32,000 bases of DNA from Longivirga aurantiaca. Lineage in GTDB: Bacteria; Actinomycetota; Actinomycetes; S36-B12; CAIYMF01. The notes beneath the pieces are model-generated. The model saw only the letters and a program-made list of their open reading frames with translations. It had not been told where the DNA came from and searched no databases. Location of the stretch: positions 1,020,001 to 1,052,000 of the forward strand of contig NZ_JBHSTI010000008.1 in the NCBI RefSeq assembly GCF_042660085.1. Direction: 5' to 3'. The position numbers were made by a program, and so were the translations under genes. Below are positions 1-9,552 of this stretch, piece after piece (positions within the stretch are counted from its first letter, which is position 1; every line of letters begins with the position of its first letter).

Positions 1-231
1 GTCGAGGGGCCGCACGAGCGCCTGCGGCCCGGCATGAACCATGTGGCGTTCTGGGCCGGCTCCCGTACGGAGGTCGACGCCCTCGTGGTCGAGTCGGGGC
101 ATCACGGGTGGACGCTGCTGTTCGCCGAGCGGCATCCGTACGCCGGCGGTCCCGAGCACTATGCGGCGTACCTCGCAGACCCGGACGGCTACGAGGTCGA
201 GCTGGTCGCCGACCCCCTCGGCATCGCCTGA
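1..231 (+). CDS. VOC/glyoxalase-family protein, C-terminal part (5' end outside window)
   Basis: The frame is open from base 1 to TGA 229-231; track ORF 34..231 is only the ATG-delimited part. HVAFWAGSRTEVDALV...YAAYLADPDGYEVELV resembles the last module of glyoxalase/bleomycin-resistance fold proteins. Confidence 0.5.
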   Translation, partial: VEGPHERLRPGMNHVAFWAGSRTEVDALVVESGHHGWTLLFAERHPYAGGPEHYAAYLADPDGYEVELVADPLGIA

Positions 232-256
232 GGCACGACCACCCGCCCCCGTCACC

Positions 257-303
257 CTGATCGATCCGTCGCTTCCCGGCCCCGGAAACGACGGATCGAT
301 CAG
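257..303. terminator. Bidirectional hairpin between convergent genes
   Basis: Perfect 15-bp inverted repeat CTGATCGATCCGTCG (257-271) / CGACGGATCGATCAG (289-303) with a 17-nt loop. It lies between the stops at 231 (+) and 325 (-). There is no U-tract, which is common in high-GC actinobacteria. Confidence 0.55.
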
Positions 304-324
304 TCTGAGCGACAGGGGCGTCGA

Positions 325-2382
325 CTAGTTCGAGAGGGCGGCCTTCTTCACGAAGTTGCCGAAGTACGGCTTGCCCTTCTCGGTGAGGTGCAGGCCGTCC
401 TTGAACCAGCCGTCCTTGTCGGTGGAGTAGGTGCGCCAGTCGGCGAGCACGACGTTGTCGTGCCGCGAGGCGACCGCGGCCATCACCTGGTTGCTCGGCT
501 TCACCCACGCGAACCGCGCCGTCGAGGTGACGAGCACGATGCGGGTGCGGTCGCCGAGCTGGGCGATGGTGGCCTCGAGCCGGTCCTCGGACACCGGGCC
601 CGCCGTGCCCATGTGCATCACGACGATCGGGCGCAGGGTGCCGCGGGCCAGGCTCGCGAGCACGGCGTCCTGCATGTTCGCGGGCGACCGGTTGATCGCG
701 GCATCGAGCTTCACGCCCGGCAGGATCGCGCGGAGCGCGTCGGCCGACCACAGGGTGACGGAGTCGCCGTACCAGCTGATGTCGCCGGTACCGAGGCCCT
801 CGGTCGAGCGCTTCTCGCCCGGGGGGAGGACGACCGGGGGCTTCGAGCTCGCGCTCGGCTTCGGCGTGGGCGTGGTCGACGGCTTGCTCGAGGGCGTGGT
901 CGACGGCTTCGTGGACGGCGACATGCTCGGCGCAGCGGTCGGTGAGGCGTCGTCCGAGATGGCCTCGGTGGAGCCGTACTCGCCGTACGCGGCCGCCACG
1001 GGATCGGTCTTGGGCAGCGTCGCGAACGACGCCACGAGGGCCGCGGCCACGGCGGTCGTCACGAGCAGCGTGCCGATGGTGGCGCCGCGGCGCGGGACCA
1101 CGGCGTCCACCGGTCCGACGGTGCGCGCGCGCTCGCGCATCGATGCCACGGCCTTCCCGATCGCGCCGTGGCGGATGGGCACCTCGACGTACCGGTACGA
1201 CAGCGCGGCGACGCCGAGGGTCAGGGCGACCCGGCCGACGTCGACGAGCGGGCCCTCCCATGGGATGTCCACGCCCGGCCGTGTCACCAGGAGGATCGGC
1301 CAGTGCCAGAGGTAGATGCCGTACGACCGCTCGCCGACCCACCGCATCGGGGCGACGTCGAGCAGGCGCCCGATCGGTGCGCCGGGGTGGGTTGCCGAGG
1401 CGATGACCAGCGCGAAGACCGCTGCGGCGAGGAGGAACCCGCCGCGGTAGAGCCACGGGGTGTACTCCGTGATGGTGACGAACAGCCACGCCGTCATCGC
1501 GAGCCCGACGACGCCGGCGCCGATCATGGCCGTGCGGGCGCCGGCGGGGATGGTGGTGCGGAAATGGGCGGGGCGCCACACCGTGGCCAGCGCCGCCCCG
1601 AGCAGCACCGACATCGCGTGCGTGTCGGTGCCGAAGTAGACGCGGGTCGGGTCGGCGTCGAGGGGCATGCCGCGCGAGATCGACAGCCACGACATCCAGA
1701 GCGTGGAGGCGACCGCGCCGCCGAGCGCAACGATCAGCACGAGGCGCCGCCGCGACAGCCCGCGCCGGTTGGCGAACCAGCAGAGCCCGCCCAGGATCAC
1801 CGGCCACAGCAGGTAGAACTGCTCCTCGACCGCGAGCGACCACAGGTGCGCGAGCACGTTTCCGCGCCCGATCAGCTCGAAGTAGGACTGCTCCTGCCCG
1901 AGCGCCCACCAGTTGCTGATGTAGAGCGCGGCGCCGGGGAGGTCGCGCAGGAACTGCTCGGCCACGTCGTTCGCGACCGTCGACACGAGGATCGCCGTGC
2001 CGACGAGCATGAGCACGAGCGCGGGGAGCAGGCGCCGGGCGCGCCGGAGGTAGAAGCCCGTGAAGTCGATGCGACCGCGGACACCGACCTCGGCGAGCAG
2101 CAGGGTCGTGATGAGGAAGCCGCTGATGACGAAGAACAGGTCGACGCCGAGGAAGCCCCCGGGCAGCCACTCGATGCCCAGGTGGTAGATCACGACCGCG
2201 GTGACCGCGATCGCGCGCAGGCCGTCGAGGCCGCCGATCCGGCTGCCGGCGCCCGGCACGCCGGCGTGCTTGCGCCTGCGAGGGGCGCGCACGGCGTCGC
2301 CCGAGACCCCGCCCGAGGCGAGGCGCGGCTGATCCGCGGAGAACGGCACGGGGGTCCGCGCGGTGGTCGGGGACGACGTCAT
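325..2382 (-). CDS. Acyltransferase-3 family membrane O-acyltransferase fused to a C-terminal SGNH domain (OafA-like)
   Basis: 685-aa ORF. The multi-TM N-terminal region opens with GLDGLRAIAVTAVVIYHL, typical of the AT3 family. A P/T/S/K-rich linker follows. The C-terminal domain carries SGNH block I (WYGDSV) and block V (DGLHLT). Confidence 0.85.
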   Translation of the reverse strand: MTSSPTTARTPVPFSADQPRLASGGVSGDAVRAPRRRKHAGVPGAGSRIGGLDGLRAIAVTAVVIYHLGIEWLPGGFLGVDLFFVISGFLITTLLLAEVGVRGRIDFTGFYLRRARRLLPALVLMLVGTAILVSTVANDVAEQFLRDLPGAALYISNWWALGQEQSYFELIGRGNVLAHLWSLAVEEQFYLLWPVILGGLCWFANRRGLSRRRLVLIVALGGAVASTLWMSWLSISRGMPLDADPTRVYFGTDTHAMSVLLGAALATVWRPAHFRTTIPAGARTAMIGAGVVGLAMTAWLFVTITEYTPWLYRGGFLLAAAVFALVIASATHPGAPIGRLLDVAPMRWVGERSYGIYLWHWPILLVTRPGVDIPWEGPLVDVGRVALTLGVAALSYRYVEVPIRHGAIGKAVASMRERARTVGPVDAVVPRRGATIGTLLVTTAVAAALVASFATLPKTDPVAAAYGEYGSTEAISDDASPTAAPSMSPSTKPSTTPSSKPSTTPTPKPSASSKPPVVLPPGEKRSTEGLGTGDISWYGDSVTLWSADALRAILPGVKLDAAINRSPANMQDAVLASLARGTLRPIVVMHMGTAGPVSEDRLEATIAQLGDRTRIVLVTSTARFAWVKPSNQVMAAVASRHDNVVLADWRTYSTDKDGWFKDGLHLTEKGKPYFGNFVKKAALSN

Positions 2383-2743
2383 GCGCGCACCACCGCGGGG
2401 GTGGGCGCGGAGCAGGTGCCGGGCCGTGGGTCACGGCGCGGCGCCACACGCTGGGGCATGGGAGTCCCTCCGGGGCAAGCGTAGGCCGCAGGGGCCTCGG
2501 TCCCCGCCTCCCGGGGCCGGCCGGGCCTGGGACGTGTCGGCGGCCCGACGGTTCGACCCCGCGCGACCGCATCAGGTTCCCGCCCGAGGGGCTCGGTGCA
2601 GGTGTCGCCCGCCACCCCCCGGGCCGGGCGGAGCCCATCGCCCTGTCTCCGGTGTGGACCGGGCGGTCGGGGCGTAGCCTCGGGTCAGCCGCCCCGGGGG
2701 ACGGCGTACTGCGCGACAGCACGACCCGACTGCTCGACCTGAT

Positions 2744-2792
2744 GCACCACTGACTGCACCACTGACCGCACACCTGACCGCACCACCCGACT
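2744..2792. repeat. 4 x 12-bp tandem repeat GCACCACTGACY in the rny / acyltransferase divergent region
   Basis: Four units: gcaccactgact, gcaccactgacc, gcacacctgacc, gcaccacccgac(t). They were read directly at 2744-2792, about 120 nt upstream of the rny ATG. Confidence 0.8.
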
Positions 2793-2909
2793 CCGCCCTT
2801 CCTGCCGGCGCACGCGCGCCTCGTCCGCCGCCCCTGACCGGGTGCTGCGGGCATCCGTGCAGGTCAGGGCGTTGCGGCGGTGTCGGCGTCGGCGTGCTTG
2901 GGAGGACCG

Positions 2910-4628
2910 ATGGACCTCGCCCGAGGTGTCGGCCCGGGGGACACCCCCGCGCTCGGCAGCCCGCTCGTGATCACCCTGCTCGTCGCCGTCCTGGCCCTCG
3001 TGGGCGTGCTCGTCTGGCTGGTGCTCCGGAGCCGTCGGCACGACGCCGAGGCCCTGCGCGACCGCGACGCCGCCGTCGCGGCGGCCGTGGACGCCGAGCT
3101 CGGACGCCGTCAGCGCGACCTCGACGACCGCGCGGAGAAGGTGCGGGCCGACGCCGCGGCCGAGGCCGGCCGCACCCGTGCCCTGGCCGAGCAGGCGCTC
3201 GCCTCGGCCGAGCAGGCGCGCGCCGAGGCCGCGGACGACGTCCGACGGGCCGAGGAGCGGCGCACGCAGGCGGAGTCCGACGTGGCCGCCGCCCGGGCCG
3301 AGCTGACCGCGCTGCGCGAGGAGGCCCAGCGCCGCGAGGAGCGGCTCGCCGAGCGCGAGTCGCGCCTCGACGCCGAGCTGGCCGACCTCGTCGCCCGGCT
3401 CGACGCCGTCACCGCCGCGGAGGCCGCACTGGTCGCCCGCCAGGCGGTCGTGGCGGAGGCGGAGTCCCGGCTCGCCGCCGAGCGCGCCGTCGCGCTCGAG
3501 CGCGTGGCCGAGATGACCGCGGCCGACGCCAAGACCGAGCTCGTCGCCACGATCGAGGCGCAGGCCAAGCGCGAGGCAGCCCTCACCGTCCGCGAGATCG
3601 AGCGCGAGGCGAAGGAGGAGGGGGAGGACCGCGCCCGGCGCATCGTCACCCTCGCCGCCCAGCGCATCGCGACCGAGCAGACGGCGGAGTCGACGGTGTC
3701 GGTGCTGCACCTGCCCGACGACTCGATGAAGGGCCGCATCATCGGCCGCGAGGGCCGCAACATCCGCACCTTCGAGGCCGTGACCGGCGTCAACCTGCTC
3801 ATCGACGACACCCCCGAGGCCGTGCTGCTGTCGAGCTTCGACCCGGTGCGGCGCGAGGTCGCCCGGGTCACGCTCGAGGCGCTCGTCGCCGACGGCCGCA
3901 TCCAGCCCAGCCGGATCGAGGACGAGTACGAGCGGGCCCGGCTCGAGGTCGATGCGCGCTGCATCCGCGCCGCCGAGGACGCCCTCGTCGACCTCTCGAT
4001 CGGCGACATGCACCCGGATCTCATCGCCCTGCTGGGCCGGCTGCGGTTCCGGACGTCGTACGGCCAGAACGTCCTCGGCCACCTCGTCGAGGCCGCGCAC
4101 CTGGCGGGGATCATGGCCGCCGAGCTCGGCCTGCCCGTCGAGCACTCGAAGCGGTGCGCGCTGCTGCACGACATCGGCAAGGCGCTCACGCACGAGGTCG
4201 AGGGCTCGCACGCGCTCATCGGCGCCGAGGTCGCGCGCCGGTACGGCGAGCACGAGGACGTCGTCCACGCGATCGAGGCGCACCACAACGAGGTCGAGGT
4301 GCGCACCCTCGAGGCCGTGCTCACCCAGACCGCGGACGGCATGAGCGGCGGACGTCCCGGAGCCCGGCGCGAGTCGCTCGAGCACTACGTCGAGCGGCTC
4401 GAACGTCTCGAGTCGATCGCGTCGGGATACGCCGGCGTCGAGAAGGTCTTCGCCATGCAGGCCGGTCGCGAGGTGCGCGTGGTCGTCGTCCCCGAGCAGG
4501 TCGACGACATCAGCATGCAGGTGCTCGCCCGCGACATCGCCGCCGAGATCGAGCACGAGCTCACCTATCCCGGCCAGATCCGCGTCACCGTCGTCCGCGA
4601 GTCGAGAGCCACCGGCCTCGCCCGCTGA
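2910..4628 (+). CDS. rny: Ribonuclease Y
   Basis: N-terminal TM helix, then a long Ala/Glu/Arg coiled-coil region. KH motif GRIIGREGRNIR; HD domain LLHDIGKA...IEAHH. ATG 2910 is preceded by GGAGG (2901-2905). In-frame GTG 2880, the track start, is an alternative. Confidence 0.93.
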   Translation: MDLARGVGPGDTPALGSPLVITLLVAVLALVGVLVWLVLRSRRHDAEALRDRDAAVAAAVDAELGRRQRDLDDRAEKVRADAAAEAGRTRALAEQALASAEQARAEAADDVRRAEERRTQAESDVAAARAELTALREEAQRREERLAERESRLDAELADLVARLDAVTAAEAALVARQAVVAEAESRLAAERAVALERVAEMTAADAKTELVATIEAQAKREAALTVREIEREAKEEGEDRARRIVTLAAQRIATEQTAESTVSVLHLPDDSMKGRIIGREGRNIRTFEAVTGVNLLIDDTPEAVLLSSFDPVRREVARVTLEALVADGRIQPSRIEDEYERARLEVDARCIRAAEDALVDLSIGDMHPDLIALLGRLRFRTSYGQNVLGHLVEAAHLAGIMAAELGLPVEHSKRCALLHDIGKALTHEVEGSHALIGAEVARRYGEHEDVVHAIEAHHNEVEVRTLEAVLTQTADGMSGGRPGARRESLEHYVERLERLESIASGYAGVEKVFAMQAGREVRVVVVPEQVDDISMQVLARDIAAEIEHELTYPGQIRVTVVRESRATGLAR

Positions 4629-4652
4629 CGTGTGCGATGACGTGTGCGATGA
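4626..4652. repeat. 2 x 12-bp tandem repeat TGACGTGTGCGA starting at the rny stop (three in-frame TGA codons)
   Basis: tgacgtgtgcga tgacgtgtgcga tga gives TGA at 4626, 4638 and 4650, all in the rny frame. Confidence 0.7.
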
Positions 4653-4833
4653 AGGGTTGGGCCCCCGCCGGGCGACGATGGCGAAGCCTCGCCCGGTAGG
4701 GGACTTCGTTGCTAAGAGGGCAACATCCCCGGCCTTCATGGACACGGCGAGGCCCAGCGGGCGTGGCAGCGTGCGCGGGCTCGGCGCCGCGCCGTAGCCT
4801 CGCGCGCATGGCCCGGCGTACGGCGGTGAGCGC

Positions 4834-5547
4834 GTGAGCACCACCGTGCCCCGCCCCGCGGTGTCGAAGCAGGACCTGCCGCTCGTCACGCGCCGCGGCG
4901 GCGCCTGGGGCGCGTTCTGGGCGACGCTCGCGGTCATCGCCCTCGCGGTGCTCGTCGAGCGCGACTGGGCGCCGCTCGTCGACATCGACACCGGGGTGCT
5001 CGAGACGGTGCGGCGCTGGGCCCTGCGCAACGACTGGGCCGTCGAGGTGTCGCTGTGGCTGCAGTCGGCGGGCTCGTTCCGCGTCGCCGCCTGGGTGGGT
5101 GTGGCCGGTGTCCTGCTGCTGCTCGCGCGACGCCGCTACTGGCAGGCGCTGACCCTCGCCCTGCTCGCCTCGCTCGCGCCTCTCGTCGCCAACCTGATCA
5201 AGCCGCTCGTCGCGCGCGAGCGCCCGATCTGGGACGTCTACCTCGCCACCGAGGACTCGTTCTCCTACCCCTCCGGCCACGCCACGTGCGGGATCGCGGT
5301 CTACCTCGCGGTCGGCGTCGCGCTCGGCGCGCTGCTGCGCAACCGCGTCGCCGGGGCGTTCGTCGTGCTCGCGTTCTCGCTGGTCGGGATCGCCATCGGC
5401 CTCTCGCGCATCGTGCTCGGCGTGCACTACCCGAGCGACGTCGTCGGCGGCTGGTGCGTCGCGATCGCGTTCGCCGGGCTGCTCGGCGCGCTCTTCGTGC
5501 TGCCGCCGTACGAGCCGCACCTGAAGGCCGCCCGCCTCCGGCACTGA
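4834..5547 (+). CDS. PAP2-family membrane phosphatase (phosphatidic acid / undecaprenyl-PP phosphatase type)
   Basis: All three PAP2 motifs are present: KPLVARERP, YPSGHA, SRIVLGVHYPSDVVGG. The protein is hydrophobic with multiple TM segments. GTG start. Confidence 0.85.
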   Translation: MSTTVPRPAVSKQDLPLVTRRGGAWGAFWATLAVIALAVLVERDWAPLVDIDTGVLETVRRWALRNDWAVEVSLWLQSAGSFRVAAWVGVAGVLLLLARRRYWQALTLALLASLAPLVANLIKPLVARERPIWDVYLATEDSFSYPSGHATCGIAVYLAVGVALGALLRNRVAGAFVVLAFSLVGIAIGLSRIVLGVHYPSDVVGGWCVAIAFAGLLGALFVLPPYEPHLKAARLRH

Positions 5548-5617
5548 TCGCCCCGTACGCCGCCGGCGCGACTGCGCCACGCCCGCGGACTAGCGTGGAG
5601 GCGTCAGGAGGTGCGCC

Positions 5618-6571
5618 GTGCGAGCCGCCTCGCGGCCCCGGAACACCCGGACCCTCGCCCGGGCGGCTGTCGCGCTCGCCCTGGTGAGCCTCGTCGCTGC
5701 GTGCACGACGTCGCCGGCGCCCGAGCCCAGCGTCCCCACGTCGACCACCTCCCCGCCGACGAGCCCAGCACCGACCACCTCCGCGCCGACGAGCCCAGCA
5801 CCGACCACCTCGGCGCCCACGACGCCGACGCCGACGACCACCACGCCGACCACGCCGGCCCCGACCAGCAGCAAGCCGTCGACGCCTGCACCGACCACGC
5901 CGTCACCCACGGCGACTGCCGTGCCTGCCTGGCTCGTGGGCGAGGACGTGCGCCGCGTGCCCACCTCCCGCAAGGTCGTGGTCCTCACCTTCGACGGCGG
6001 CGGCAACGCGGCCGGTCTCGCGAGCATCCTCGCCACGCTGGAGGCCGAGAAGGTGCCCGGCACGTTCTTCCTCACCGGGCGCTGGGTGCAGGTGTATCCC
6101 CGTGAGGCGCAGGCGATCGCCGACGCCGGCCATGTGATCGGCAACCACACGATGACCCATCTGCACAGCACGGCGGTCCCCGATTCCGTTCTGCTGAAAG
6201 AGATCCGGGACGCCGCCCTCACGATCCGCGCGGCGACCGGCGTCGACCCACGTCCATGGTTCCGCTTCCCGTACGGCGAACGCACGGAAGCCGACGTCCG
6301 GCTCGTCAACGCGCACGGCTACGTCTGCGTGAGCTGGGGCCTCGACACACTCGGCTGGCTCGGCAGCTCGCGCGGCACGGCCGCGGACGTCACCAGGCGG
6401 GTCGTCGCCGCGCTCCAGCCCGGGCTCATCGTGCTCATGCACGTCGGGGCCAACCCGGACGACGGCACCACGTACGACGCCGACTCGCTCGCGGCCACGA
6501 TCGCGGCGCTGCGGGCGCGCGGCTACACGTTCGCGACGGTGACCGCCCTGCTCGACCGGCCGCAGCGCTGA
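5618..6571 (+). CDS. Polysaccharide deacetylase (NodB domain) lipoprotein with PT-rich linker
   Basis: GTG start lies 7 nt after AGGAGG. The signal peptide has a lipobox (LVSLVAAC). The PT linker includes a 30-bp tandem duplication at 5755-5814. NodB motifs: LTFDGGG and GNHTMTH. Confidence 0.88.
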   Translation: MRAASRPRNTRTLARAAVALALVSLVAACTTSPAPEPSVPTSTTSPPTSPAPTTSAPTSPAPTTSAPTTPTPTTTTPTTPAPTSSKPSTPAPTTPSPTATAVPAWLVGEDVRRVPTSRKVVVLTFDGGGNAAGLASILATLEAEKVPGTFFLTGRWVQVYPREAQAIADAGHVIGNHTMTHLHSTAVPDSVLLKEIRDAALTIRAATGVDPRPWFRFPYGERTEADVRLVNAHGYVCVSWGLDTLGWLGSSRGTAADVTRRVVAALQPGLIVLMHVGANPDDGTTYDADSLAATIAALRARGYTFATVTALLDRPQR

Positions 6572-6577
6572 GCGCGG

Positions 6578-6907
6578 TCAGCCAGCGGCGGCAGACACCG
6601 CGACGCGCGCCCACGGGAGCCAGCGGGCCGACGACTCGACAGGGACGACGACCCAGTCGGGCAGCGCGGCGTTCATGGTGCTCGGCGCCCAGGTGTGCGC
6701 GCCCTCGACGGCGAGCGCCTCGGCGTGCTCGGGAGAGGCGACGGGCAGCCGGAACACCATGCTGTCGCCGGCGAGGCAGGCGACGCCGAGCCCCGAGTGC
6801 TTGAGCGCGCGGTGCCCGAAGGCCATCCCGATGGAGACCCCGTCGCCGCGCAGCTCGGTCGCCAGGCCGTCGAACAGGAGCCGGGCGGCCGCGCTGGGAG
6901 GGGTCAT
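6578..6907 (-). CDS. Small conserved protein, TfoX N-terminal-domain-like
   Basis: 109-aa product from ATG 6907 (MTPPSAAARLLFDGL...). GMAFGHRALKHSGLGVACLAGDSMVFRL resembles the TfoX_N pattern MFGG.g....gk.Fa...d..l.lr. The track ORF extends to 7129, but that extension is Arg-rich and not protein-like. Confidence 0.45.
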   Translation of the reverse strand: MTPPSAAARLLFDGLATELRGDGVSIGMAFGHRALKHSGLGVACLAGDSMVFRLPVASPEHAEALAVEGAHTWAPSTMNAALPDWVVVPVESSARWLPWARVAVSAAAG

Positions 6908-7127
6908 ACCTGCAACCGTACGGGGGTACCGGCCGCGCAGCGACACGGGCGCTGACGCTGCGTGATCCGCTGGGACGGCGCGAGTCGGCAGGAGTTCGTC
7001 CGATCGGGTGGTCGACGAGCACCGCACGTGCCCGACGCGGAAGACTGGACGCGCGATCGTGCGAGCCATCGGTCCGGCTCGGTCTCGGGGGCCGCGCCTC
7101 CGCGCGACGCGGATGGAGGAGCGCGTC

Positions 7128-8576
7128 ATGGCACGGCCGGTCGTCGTCCTGCTGGATCCGCATCACCCGTACGCCGGGAGGTTCTCGGCCATCGCCGACC
7201 GGCGCTGGGGCCTCGACACCGTCTGCCTCTGGAGCCGCACGACCGCCTGGGACCGCGCCCTGGCCACCGACTATCTCGACCGGTCCGACGCCGTGGTCGC
7301 GCACTACTCGTTGCCTCTCGACTCGATCGAGGCAGCGGCGGTCGCGCTCGGGCGGAGGCACGAGGTCGTCGGCGTCCTGCCGCACTTCGAGGACAGCCTC
7401 GAGGCGGCGGTGACCGTCGCCGAGACGCTGGGTGTCGCCTGGGCCGACCCGACCGATCTGCGTCGCTTCCGCAACAAGTCGGGGCTCAAGGCGCACCTGC
7501 GTGCGGTGCCCGGGGGCCCGCGCATCAATGCGACGGCGGCTGTGCGCACGCGGCAGGAGATCCGGGCAGCGCGCGAGACCGGGCCGTTCGAGCGCTTCGT
7601 GCTCAAGCCCAACGACGGCATGAGCAACAGCCGTATCGGCTTCTTCGACGGCGACGTCACCGACGAGCAGCTCGACACGTACCTCGCGTCGTCGGGCGGG
7701 GGCCTGCTCGCGATGGAGGAGTTCCTCGACGGCGCGGAGTACTGCGTCAACGGCCAGGTCGACGAGCACGGCGTCGTCACCACGCTCAGCGTCTACCGCA
7801 CCCACCACACCGCAGCCAACGGGCGCACGCAGCTCGCCGAGCGGTTCGAGCTGCTGCGTCACGACTCGCCGTTGTTCGACCGGCTCGCGACGTACGCCTC
7901 CGACGTGCTCACCGCCGCACGGCTGCGGCGCAGCCCGTTCCACATGGAGGTGATGGTCGACGACGACGGTCCATGCCTCATCGAGGTCGGCGCGCGCCTC
8001 GGCGGTGTCTCGATGGCGTTCGACGTCGGCGTCGTGCACGGCGGCGCCGTCGACGCGTTCGAGCTGGCCGTCCAGCACTACCTCGGCCGACCGTCCGAGC
8101 GGCCGCTCCAGCCTGACTGGGCCGCGTACGACGCCCGCGCTCTGCGCATCGTCTGCGGGATCAGCGACGAGGACGTGCGCGCGGCGTCCTGGGACGGCAT
8201 CCGGGAGGTCGAGGCGATGCCGGAGTTCGTGCACTGGGTCAGCAGGCCGCGCGCCGGACAGCGGGTCCGGCCCACGCGCGACCTGGCTACGAGCCCGTGG
8301 CAGGTCACCATCGCCGCGGCCTCGACCGAGCAGGCGGACGCCGCGGAGGCGCGCGTGCGCGCGCTCGTCGGGTGGAACCGCGCCACCGTCGACCGGTCGA
8401 AGGTCGGGCTGAAGGCGCATGCCACCGTGGTGCGCGCCGGCCACCGGCTGCGGCTCGTGCCCGGTGCCGTCCGCACGCGACCCGTTCCGCTCCCCACCAC
8501 GGTCCCCGTGGACATGACCGGACGTGCGGCGCGGCTGCCGTCGACGAACGACTCCCGGGGGGCAGGCACATGCTGA
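7128..8576 (+). CDS. ATP-grasp domain enzyme (carboxylate-amine ligase type), substrate unknown
   Basis: ATG 7128 lies 7 nt after GGAGGA (7115-7120). ATP-grasp signatures: FVLKPNDGMSNSRIGFF, MEEFLDGAEYCVNG, PFHMEVMVDDDGPCLIEVGARLGG. Confidence 0.8.
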   Translation: MARPVVVLLDPHHPYAGRFSAIADRRWGLDTVCLWSRTTAWDRALATDYLDRSDAVVAHYSLPLDSIEAAAVALGRRHEVVGVLPHFEDSLEAAVTVAETLGVAWADPTDLRRFRNKSGLKAHLRAVPGGPRINATAAVRTRQEIRAARETGPFERFVLKPNDGMSNSRIGFFDGDVTDEQLDTYLASSGGGLLAMEEFLDGAEYCVNGQVDEHGVVTTLSVYRTHHTAANGRTQLAERFELLRHDSPLFDRLATYASDVLTAARLRRSPFHMEVMVDDDGPCLIEVGARLGGVSMAFDVGVVHGGAVDAFELAVQHYLGRPSERPLQPDWAAYDARALRIVCGISDEDVRAASWDGIREVEAMPEFVHWVSRPRAGQRVRPTRDLATSPWQVTIAAASTEQADAAEARVRALVGWNRATVDRSKVGLKAHATVVRAGHRLRLVPGAVRTRPVPLPTTVPVDMTGRAARLPSTNDSRGAGTC

Positions 8577-9505
8577 AGCGCGTCGTGCGCCGGGTCGGCT
8601 ATGCCGGGCCGGTCCGTCGCACCATCACGAGCTCATCCGGTCTCGGGCGCGTCACCGGCCGCTTCGTGGGCGGCCTCGACGAGGTGTCCGCCGTCGCCGT
8701 GGCGCAGCGTCTGCGCGCGCAGGGGATGCTCACCACTCTGCATGTGCGCCAGGGGAATCCGGTCGACGAGGCCGGTGCTGACGCGCACGTGGAGCTCTAT
8801 CGCCGCCTGGTGGCCCAGCACGTCGAGGCCGGCTTGCGGGAGGGGTCGGAGATCTCGCTCAAGATGGCGCAGTTCGGCCTGCTCGCCCCGGGTGGTCTCG
8901 ACGGCGCGGTCGAGCGGATGCGTGCGACCGTGGCCGACGCCTATGCGGCCGGCATCGGCGTCACGGTCGACATGGAGGGCATCGAGGAGGTCGACGTCAC
9001 CCTCGACGCCGTGTGCCGCCTGCGTGCCGATCAGCCCGACGTGGGCATCGCGATCCAGGCCTACCTGCTCCGCAGCGAGGCCGACTGCCACGCTCTCGCG
9101 TCGACGGGTGCACGGGTGAGGCTCGTGAAGGGCGCGTACGGCGCCGGCCCCGACGTCGCGCACACCACGCGGGCCACGGTCGACTCGGCGTACGAGCGCT
9201 GCCTCGAGATCCTGTTCGCCGGCGGCGCCTACCCGATGGTCGCGAGCCACGACCTGCGCATGGTCGAGGCCGCCCGCGCGATGGCCCGCGAGGCGGGGAA
9301 GGGCCGCGACGCCTACGAGATCCAGATGCTCATGGGGGTGCGCACGCAGGACCAGGTGCGGCTTGCGGCCGCGGGCGAGCGGCTGCGCGTCTACGTGCCG
9401 TACGGCCCCGACTGGTACGGCTGGTTCGTCAACCGCATCGTCGAGAAGCCGAGCAACGTGCGGCTGCTGGCGCACGCGCTGGTGAGCCCCGGTCCGCGGG
9501 TCTGA
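8570..9505 (+). CDS. Proline dehydrogenase family protein (stand-alone PRODH barrel)
   Basis: ATG 8570 overlaps the ATP-grasp stop (ATGCTGA, 7-nt overlap). Family-typical motifs: [42 protein letters not shown]. Confidence 0.85.
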   Translation: MLKRVVRRVGYAGPVRRTITSSSGLGRVTGRFVGGLDEVSAVAVAQRLRAQGMLTTLHVRQGNPVDEAGADAHVELYRRLVAQHVEAGLREGSEISLKMAQFGLLAPGGLDGAVERMRATVADAYAAGIGVTVDMEGIEEVDVTLDAVCRLRADQPDVGIAIQAYLLRSEADCHALASTGARVRLVKGAYGAGPDVAHTTRATVDSAYERCLEILFAGGAYPMVASHDLRMVEAARAMAREAGKGRDAYEIQMLMGVRTQDQVRLAAAGERLRVYVPYGPDWYGWFVNRIVEKPSNVRLLAHALVSPGPRV

Positions 9506-9552
9506 CCTGCGATTCGGCCGGTGCCGCGGGGTCGCCGTACCCTGTGACCACC

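Noticed and set aside
2685-5030. Very long ORFs antisense to, or out of frame with, called genes. Examples: 2685..5030(-), 2894..4699(+), 6435..8444(-), 9391..10857(-), 19294..21069(-), 25185..27335(-), 25298..27670(+).
   Set aside because: Their products are Arg/Pro/Gly/Ala-rich and low-complexity, with no motifs. They overlap genes that carry clear family signatures. These are typical stop-codon-poor shadow frames of high-GC DNA.
5755-5814. The 30-bp tandem duplication in the deacetylase gene, and similar P/T/S-rich stretches in the acyltransferase (about 830-960).
   Set aside because: They are in-frame PT-linker expansions, ordinary for secreted actinobacterial proteins, and not independent features.
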